A stretch of 64,000 bases of DNA from Planctomycetales bacterium (GTDB taxonomy: Bacteria; 4484-113), in the NCBI GenBank assembly GCA_037441675.1, contig JBBIRS010000002.1, positions 306,894 to 370,893 on the forward strand, read 5' to 3'. The notes below the pieces were generated by a model, which saw only the letters and a list, made by a program, of their open reading frames with translations, made no database searches and had not been told where the DNA came from. The translations under genes and the position numbers were made by a program. Shown piece after piece: positions 58,819 to 64,000 of this stretch (its first letter is position 1; each line of letters starts with the position of its first letter).

Positions 58819-59147
58819 GAGCGCTCTAGGTTCTGAAAGTAACAGAGGGGTTCTTGGGTTAGGTGGAATTTTACCTTGGTGGAGACTATCTGAATTTCTT
58901 GCCCAATTTGCTCAGTTGTTAACCCAAGCTTGCCATTAATACTAACGTTACCAGTTAAATAACTGTTTTCCCCAGTCCGTAGACCTGTCACGCCTGTCGG
59001 GTCGTAATTATCCTCATCTTGAGTAGGCGAGAGCGGCGGGCTTGCATAAATGACTGCAGGAACTCTTCCAACTGACAATTTTTCCTTCTTAAGTCTTTCC
59101 TCAACAAGTTTGCTAACTTCCGCCCTGACTCCTCGCCTAGCTTTCAT
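58788..59147 (-). CDS. Putative tail fibre protein, N-terminal part
   Basis: Overlaps the hub gene stop; GVTGLRTG...LTGNVSI fibre-like motif. Confidence 0.5.
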   Translation of the reverse strand: MKARRGVRAEVSKLVEERLKKEKLSVGRVPAVIYASPPLSPTQDEDNYDPTGVTGLRTGENSYLTGNVSINGKLGLTTEQIGQEIQIVSTKVKFHLTQEPLCYFQNLERSCKTQFTCIH

Positions 59148-60241
59148 CTGAGAACCTCCGCATTAAGGTCACGTCCATAAATCTTTGAATATGTTGGTTT
59201 TATCTCAATGCGTTCAACGAGAAATGTGAACATCTCACCAGTGACAGGATGTTTCACACTCACCGTTTGCCCAATCTTAACTGCGGGATCTGTTATACTT
59301 GTAATTTGATAGGCAAGGTAATCTCTTAGGCTTTCAAGAAGAATACTTTCCGCAAGTTTCTTGGCTTCCGCCTCCGCTAACTTATCCGCTACATCTAGTA
59401 ATAAAACCTGGAAACCAACCCCATTTGTCTTTTCTAATAGCTCAGGGTAATAAAACTTCCCTTGAGGGTCATTCCCTTGAATTCCGACCTGAACTAGGTA
59501 ATTGTCATCCCCATAAATCCTTACTTCGTTTACCGCAAGCCCGGGATCGTTATCATTACTCACGCCATCTTTTGCCGGTTTCACCCTTAATTTGATATAG
59601 CGGTATCTACTTTCTTCAAAAGCAGGAATTATTACTCTTTCTAGCGGTCTCAAAAGGACCCTAGCCTGTTCGGAGATTGGTTCATAGTTTGAGCCGTTAT
59701 TGCTTCCTAGTACTTCATAGCCATAGCTGAACTTGGGGTTAGAGCTACTCTGGGAGTTAACGTTCTTTGAATTAGCAGCAGTTATTCCCACCGCAGATAT
59801 TATTGGTGGTTTACCATAACTATCCAGTGGAAGCTCAAAAAGAATAAAATCGTAAAAGGTATATTGGTAAGGAACGTTATGTCTTCCAAAGTCTGTGTTA
59901 TCATCACCATCGCGGGTAAGGTTGATGCTACCTTCTCCGAAAATTTTCTCGCTTCCATTCCATCGGAATATTTCCCCCGTGCTTGCCTGCAGGTCGGTTA
60001 ATGTGGCGGAAAGGGCTAGGTTGTTGGGGTCGGTGCGTTTTCCTCGTATCGCTACGCTTGTGAAGACGTTTTCGCGCATCCTCAAACGACTAAATTCTGC
60101 TACGTTTATCACTTCTCTATCAGCTTGGGGCTTTTGTGAGATGAGTGTGTGCTTAAACTTCCCATCCTCGGCATCGTAGAAGAAGTAGTAGTTATTTGGG
60201 ACAAAGTCACTTAGCAGGTCAAAGAGCTCGCTTGTTAGCAT
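59144..60241 (-). CDS. Baseplate hub/Tal-like protein, C-terminal part, with a discoidin(F5/8C)-like insert
   Basis: YFFYDAEDGKF; YEVLGSNNGSNY...RYIKLRV...VNEVRIYG; DPAVKIGQTVSV...FLVERI hub-type C-terminus. Confidence 0.6.
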   Translation of the reverse strand: MLTSELFDLLSDFVPNNYYFFYDAEDGKFKHTLISQKPQADREVINVAEFSRLRMRENVFTSVAIRGKRTDPNNLALSATLTDLQASTGEIFRWNGSEKIFGEGSINLTRDGDDNTDFGRHNVPYQYTFYDFILFELPLDSYGKPPIISAVGITAANSKNVNSQSSSNPKFSYGYEVLGSNNGSNYEPISEQARVLLRPLERVIIPAFEESRYRYIKLRVKPAKDGVSNDNDPGLAVNEVRIYGDDNYLVQVGIQGNDPQGKFYYPELLEKTNGVGFQVLLLDVADKLAEAEAKKLAESILLESLRDYLAYQITSITDPAVKIGQTVSVKHPVTGEMFTFLVERIEIKPTYSKIYGRDLNAEVLR

Positions 60242-60306
60242 CCGCCCACGTGGTATGAATAGCCTGTTAAGATCGATGGAGAGATTGGGTAGCTCTAGCT
60301 CATTTG

Positions 60307-61056
60307 CTAATACTCCTGCCCCCCTAACTCTCTAGAATAAGTTAATGCTTGAGAAACTGCCTCGGAGACGTCACTCGTTCCCTCTATGTAACAGTGAATA
60401 CTTTCAATTACTGGGCTTGAGGGGATTGGGTCTAAGAACCGTACTACTCCACTATTTGGATAAACGCGGTAGAAGTCAGGTGATAGCTCCTTTCCCGCTT
60501 CCACAATCTTATATACGCTTGGCTTCCAAGCGCGTCTTTTTCCCACAGAGGAAAAACCCAAGGGGGTTTCTTCCTGCCTAAGTCCGAAAGTGTAATTGTC
60601 AAATTCATCAGGTAATGGGTATAGTGGGGCGTTGGTAATCTCTGTGGTTAGTTCGCCATCAACCTCTATTTCACATAGACTGCGCATTAAACGATAGCAG
60701 TGATCTATCGCGAGCAGACTAAATCTTCCTTCTTCTTCTCTAATTTCAACGATAAAACCCAAAAATAGTACTCCCTGTTCGTTTCCAACTTGGCAAGTTA
60801 GTCTAACTTCGGAGAATAGGGCGAGAGGGTTAGCTGCCTCTATTTCTTCAAAGTAAAGCAAGTTTTCCCCTGGAACTTGAGCAATAAGGGTGCTTCCAAG
60901 CTGTGTTCTATCCCGAACTATGGTAAAACCTCCCGGAAGGATGTTAATTTCACTCCAGATGGATGATTCGGGATGACTACTCCTCACCTCTAACTTGTAC
61001 TTGATGGTCTTTTCGTAGTTCTTTAGATAAGAAACTGTTTGGGAGGTAAAAGCCAT
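60307..61056 (-). CDS. Baseplate hub/Tal-like protein, N-terminal part (frameshifted relative to the downstream part)
   Basis: VLFLGFIVEI...LLAIDH hub N-terminal motif; ATG 61056 coupled to the upstream stop (TAATG); ends just after a G6 run. Confidence 0.6.
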   Translation of the reverse strand: MAFTSQTVSYLKNYEKTIKYKLEVRSSHPESSIWSEINILPGGFTIVRDRTQLGSTLIAQVPGENLLYFEEIEAANPLALFSEVRLTCQVGNEQGVLFLGFIVEIREEEGRFSLLAIDHCYRLMRSLCEIEVDGELTTEITNAPLYPLPDEFDNYTFGLRQEETPLGFSSVGKRRAWKPSVYKIVEAGKELSPDFYRVYPNSGVVRFLDPIPSSPVIESIHCYIEGTSDVSEAVSQALTYSRELGGQEY

Positions 61057-61508
61057 TAGCTTCGCACCTTCCATGAGACGCTAGCGATGGAGTCTATATC
61101 TGTGAAAATTCCATCTGCAACAACTATGCCATCTAGTTCAATGGGAGTGGCAGATACTTTTTCCGGGAATTCATCTCCACCAATTGTTCCCGGCTTAAGT
61201 TTTAATGCAGAAAGTTTGTAAGCCTTGTTTGAGGTGCTCTCAAAAATAGTAAGTGCTGTCCCACTTTCTATGAATAGATTTAGTCTTGAACGTAAATCGT
61301 TACCAAAGCTATCCTTAAGAGTAAATTGATTTGTGGGAATTAAAATAAAGCTCCTTATTGGATAAGCGGTGTCAGAAAAGGTCGTAATATGCGCATTACC
61401 CGCAAGGTCTAATGCGATTTCATAATTCTCTCCATGGTCTATGTAGAATGAGAGGAAATTTATATCAATTGCATAATCAATTGTCGGTCCTAGCCAAAGC
61501 CTCAACAT
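61056..61508 (-). CDS. Putative distal tail (Dit-like) protein
   Basis: 150 aa, beta-rich; positioned between the tape measure and the hub. Confidence 0.45.
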   Translation of the reverse strand: MLRLWLGPTIDYAIDINFLSFYIDHGENYEIALDLAGNAHITTFSDTAYPIRSFILIPTNQFTLKDSFGNDLRSRLNLFIESGTALTIFESTSNKAYKLSALKLKPGTIGGDEFPEKVSATPIELDGIVVADGIFTDIDSIASVSWKVRS

Positions 61509-61519
61509 TTCTTTAACTC

Positions 61520-62128
61520 CTAACCTCCAAATCCACTCATTCTGTCCACTAGGGCCTTTTCAATAAACTCGCTAGCAGTGGTGTATGTAGAGACCCATCT
61601 TCTATCAGTGGTATGAGTGCTTTTTGGGCGAAGCTCTTCTTGAGGAAACAGCATCCTCCAGGATGCAAATTGAGGGAATAGTCCTTCAGCAACCGGCTCT
61701 AGCAAAGGCAGATTAAGTTTTCTCGGTTTTAGCCCTCTCTTAATTGCAGAAAATATTGTGTCTATCAGCGCGAACCCTGCGCCAGTTGCAAAGTCCGATA
61801 GAAGAGATGCGCCTAATGATTTCTTTAGGAAAGCCTGCAATGCTCGGTTTGATGTCGCTTCCAGGGTGGTAGATATTATTTGCTCAATTCCACTAAATCC
61901 CTCTCCTTTTACTACTGCAAATCCTATTCTTCTAGCAAGACGGTTTATGTCTAGTTCAAATAGCCTAAATGATTGCCCCTCAAGACTTTCCCTTATCACT
62001 GGTAAATCTGCAAGTTTTCTAGATGTCAGGAAAGTCCACGTTGCCTCTACCTGCTCAGCGAGCTCCCTTAGCCTACTCTCCACATCGCTAAGTCTATCTT
62101 CCAAATTGTCAAACCATTGAGGGCTCAT
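61520..62128 (-). CDS. Putative short tape-measure protein
   Basis: Helical and Ala/Leu-rich with a hydrophobic G/A-rich segment; canonical position after the chaperones and before Dit. Confidence 0.5.
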   Translation of the reverse strand: MSPQWFDNLEDRLSDVESRLRELAEQVEATWTFLTSRKLADLPVIRESLEGQSFRLFELDINRLARRIGFAVVKGEGFSGIEQIISTTLEATSNRALQAFLKKSLGASLLSDFATGAGFALIDTIFSAIKRGLKPRKLNLPLLEPVAEGLFPQFASWRMLFPQEELRPKSTHTTDRRWVSTYTTASEFIEKALVDRMSGFGG

Positions 62129-62151
62129 TATTTTCTTTTCCTCTCACTAAT

Positions 62152-62397
62152 CTAGCTAATAAAATCGCCGAGCTTCGAATCCTTACGAGGATCATTTCCT
62201 ATTGTGATTGCTATAGACTGCATAGTGGGTGAATCAGCAACAGATTTTTCTTGGATAAATTTCAGTAAATCTGCTGGTGTTAATATTTCAAGTAGATCTG
62301 GAATACTTATGCCGAGGGAGCGCGCGGTTAATCCTAGATATAGTGCTAAATCTGGTGAAAGAAGAATGAGCCAGGGTTGGAAATTGTAATCACGCAT
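62152..62397 (-). CDS. Putative tail assembly chaperone, second ORF (GT-like)
   Basis: LGISIPDLLEILTPADL resembles chaperone C-terminal segments; in frame with the upstream ORF. Confidence 0.45.
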   Translation of the reverse strand: MRDYNFQPWLILLSPDLALYLGLTARSLGISIPDLLEILTPADLLKFIQEKSVADSPTMQSIAITIGNDPRKDSKLGDFIS

Positions 62398-62406
62398 AAA
62401 ATACTC

Positions 62407-62796
62407 CTAGAGCATCTTTACTTCACTTTTCGGAAAATGTGCGAACTCTTGATTTAGAGCTGTTATCAGCACCCGGATTGTGTCACTAGGTGTCATCTCT
62501 CTTTCCAGAATATCGCATGTTTCATCAGTGAGTAGTTCAAGTATCTGAACGAACTCTGATTGACCCACGGTGAGTGCTTCAAATATTGCTTGGACTAAAC
62601 TTTTTTTTGATAGATCTTCCCACCCGATCCGCTCAAGTATTTGAGTGATGAGAGCGAGAATTGTCAGTGCTTTCCTTAAGTTTAGCCTTTTAATCCGCAC
62701 TGTCCTTCCGCACTCTAGCTTAACCGTTGCTCCAGGCTGTAGGACGCTAAGTACTCTTCCATCCTTTGCGTTTTTAAGGGCTGTTAAGAGATTCAT
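62407..62796 (-). CDS. Putative tail assembly chaperone (G-like)
   Basis: 129 aa; V.IKRLNL strand followed by helices; directly after the tail tube gene. Confidence 0.55.
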   Translation of the reverse strand: MNLLTALKNAKDGRVLSVLQPGATVKLECGRTVRIKRLNLRKALTILALITQILERIGWEDLSKKSLVQAIFEALTVGQSEFVQILELLTDETCDILEREMTPSDTIRVLITALNQEFAHFPKSEVKML

Positions 62797-62800
62797 CTTC

Positions 62801-63571
62801 TTACTCAGGCAAGTTCATGTTGCTCATTACGTTTCCATAAATCCGCACATATCCAAAAGGTGAATTGGGCTCGTTGTTATCTGCAAGACATCTACCGTAA
62901 ATAGGTACACCTATCAATTCATCACCCTCAATGGAGAAAATCCCGGACGCATCCAACTCAACCTTCCTAAAAACTATTGATAAAACGCTTTCACCATCAG
63001 GGTAGCGATGAATGACTTCAACCTTGGCGGTTTTCACCTGCTGTTCCGAAAGTTCTATCTCTCTAGAGGGAGGGAACTGATGATTATAAGTAACCTCAAG
63101 AAGTTCTCCGGGGATAATACTTCCGGAAGAGATACGGGAGAGTTTGCGATTAAGTGCGTCAACCGCATAATCCACGCCCTCTGCGTAGGTAATACCCGTG
63201 CTGAGACTCTTAACTGCAACTGAATCTGAAGGGACATATTTCATCACTGCGGAAAATTCCGGATAAAGCCGCAGATATTCCTTAACAGGTGATGAACCAC
63301 CGTTAATCTTCGTACTCTCTCCACCCGATAGGAAGTATGACAAGGCGGGAGGAGCTAGCTCCTTCACGTTCATTGAGATCGTATACCCTCTTCTAACCGG
63401 CACAAGGTAACTTGAGACAAACTCACCACGATCCGCTGTCTCTACAACAAACCTTTGGACTTCCTTGGTAATCCTTATGTCGGTTACCGGACCTATTTTC
63501 TGATCGTCAAGGTAAAGTTCGCCTTCACCTAAAGTTAATGCTTGAAAATTTATACTCATTTTAAGATGCAC
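62801..63571 (-). CDS. Tail tube (major tail) protein, non-contractile type
   Basis: LTLGEGELY.D...IG N-terminus; TYAEGVDYAVD insertion; C-terminal G..LAD...P.SPFG; no sheath gene adjacent. Confidence 0.7.
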   Translation of the reverse strand: MHLKMSINFQALTLGEGELYLDDQKIGPVTDIRITKEVQRFVVETADRGEFVSSYLVPVRRGYTISMNVKELAPPALSYFLSGGESTKINGGSSPVKEYLRLYPEFSAVMKYVPSDSVAVKSLSTGITYAEGVDYAVDALNRKLSRISSGSIIPGELLEVTYNHQFPPSREIELSEQQVKTAKVEVIHRYPDGESVLSIVFRKVELDASGIFSIEGDELIGVPIYGRCLADNNEPNSPFGYVRIYGNVMSNMNLPE

Positions 63572-63586
63572 CTACCTTTCTTAAAT

Positions 63587-64000
63587 CTAATCATTCGTGT
63601 GGTTTAATGTAACTGCTATTGCCTGAACAATTTCGACAGATATCTCTGGGTGTTCTGGTAAAAACTCCTCCCTAGCCTCTATGTTTCTAAGACTAATATA
63701 ATCTATCGGTCCTTCATCCTCTTTACCTAGGATGAACCTTGGGATGAAGAAAGTGCCTTCAGGCCATTCCCTTAGAATGGCTAACGCTTTATTGGCTAAG
63801 TATCTTACTTCGCGGTAGTCACCACGTTGTGCCAAACAGAAAATCTTAAAATCAGTGCCAAGAACCAGCCCATGAGGATTTAGAGGTAGGGAGCGCATTT
63901 TACCCCACTTGACGCGATATGAAGGAAGAATGATTTCATCTTCTGGATGAAATGCATTTCCAGCAGCAGATGCAGACAGCGGAACGCTACAAGAATTTGC
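63587..64000 (-). CDS. Putative tail terminator/completion protein (5' end outside the window)
   Basis: Frame is open from the window edge; positioned immediately upstream of the tail tube gene. Confidence 0.45.
   Translation of the reverse strand, partial: ANSCSVPLSASAAGNAFHPEDEIILPSYRVKWGKMRSLPLNPHGLVLGTDFKIFCLAQRGDYREVRYLANKALAILREWPEGTFFIPRFILGKEDEGPIDYISLRNIEAREEFLPEHPEISVEIVQAIAVTLNHTND

Larger units (their letters stand above)
57134..64000 (-). mobile_element. Phage-derived tail and lysis module (prophage remnant, GTA-like or tailocin-like)
   Basis: Co-oriented order: terminator, tube, chaperones, tape measure, Dit, hub, fibre, holins, amidase. Confidence 0.75.

Noticed and set aside
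57134..64000. Contractile injection system (eCIS or R-type tailocin)
   Set aside because: No sheath, baseplate wedge, VgrG/PAAR or LysM genes are visible; the tube gene directly follows a terminator-like ORF.

Overview
This is bacterial chromosomal DNA of roughly 40-45% GC (estimated by eye). Gene order is Terrabacteria-like (PIN/TRAM-ispD-ispF, PASTA-rpe, a canonical parS site), and there is also a probable outer-membrane protein. Positions 1-57 kb are mostly housekeeping genes: fixX/fixC, purB/purC/purS, comM, sugar transferase and epimerase, tmRNA, wecB, nadC-coaX, tRNA-Ile, ispE/D/F/G, acpS, dcd, thiG, htpX, dapL-like, tsaA, rpe, tpiA, a SNF2 helicase, an SH3-NlpC/P60 hydrolase, mqnD, sppA, rmuC, atoE, a tRNA nucleotidyltransferase and a PHP protein. 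A few decayed gene remnants lie among them. The last 7 kb (57134-64000, minus strand, continuing past the window) is a non-contractile phage-tail and lysis module with a very short (202 aa) putative tape measure. It abuts a housekeeping gene with no integrase or att site, making it a candidate gene-transfer-agent or tailocin-like domesticated element. An orphan cI/Cro-like switch sits about 29 kb away. Other notable points are an IspF-RNase H fusion, widespread leaderless promoter architecture (-10 box 6-9 nt before ATG/GTG), a roughly 120-nt intergenic hairpin, and a loop-deleted (CC-adding-type) nucleotidyltransferase. All calls come from reading motifs; no database searches were run.
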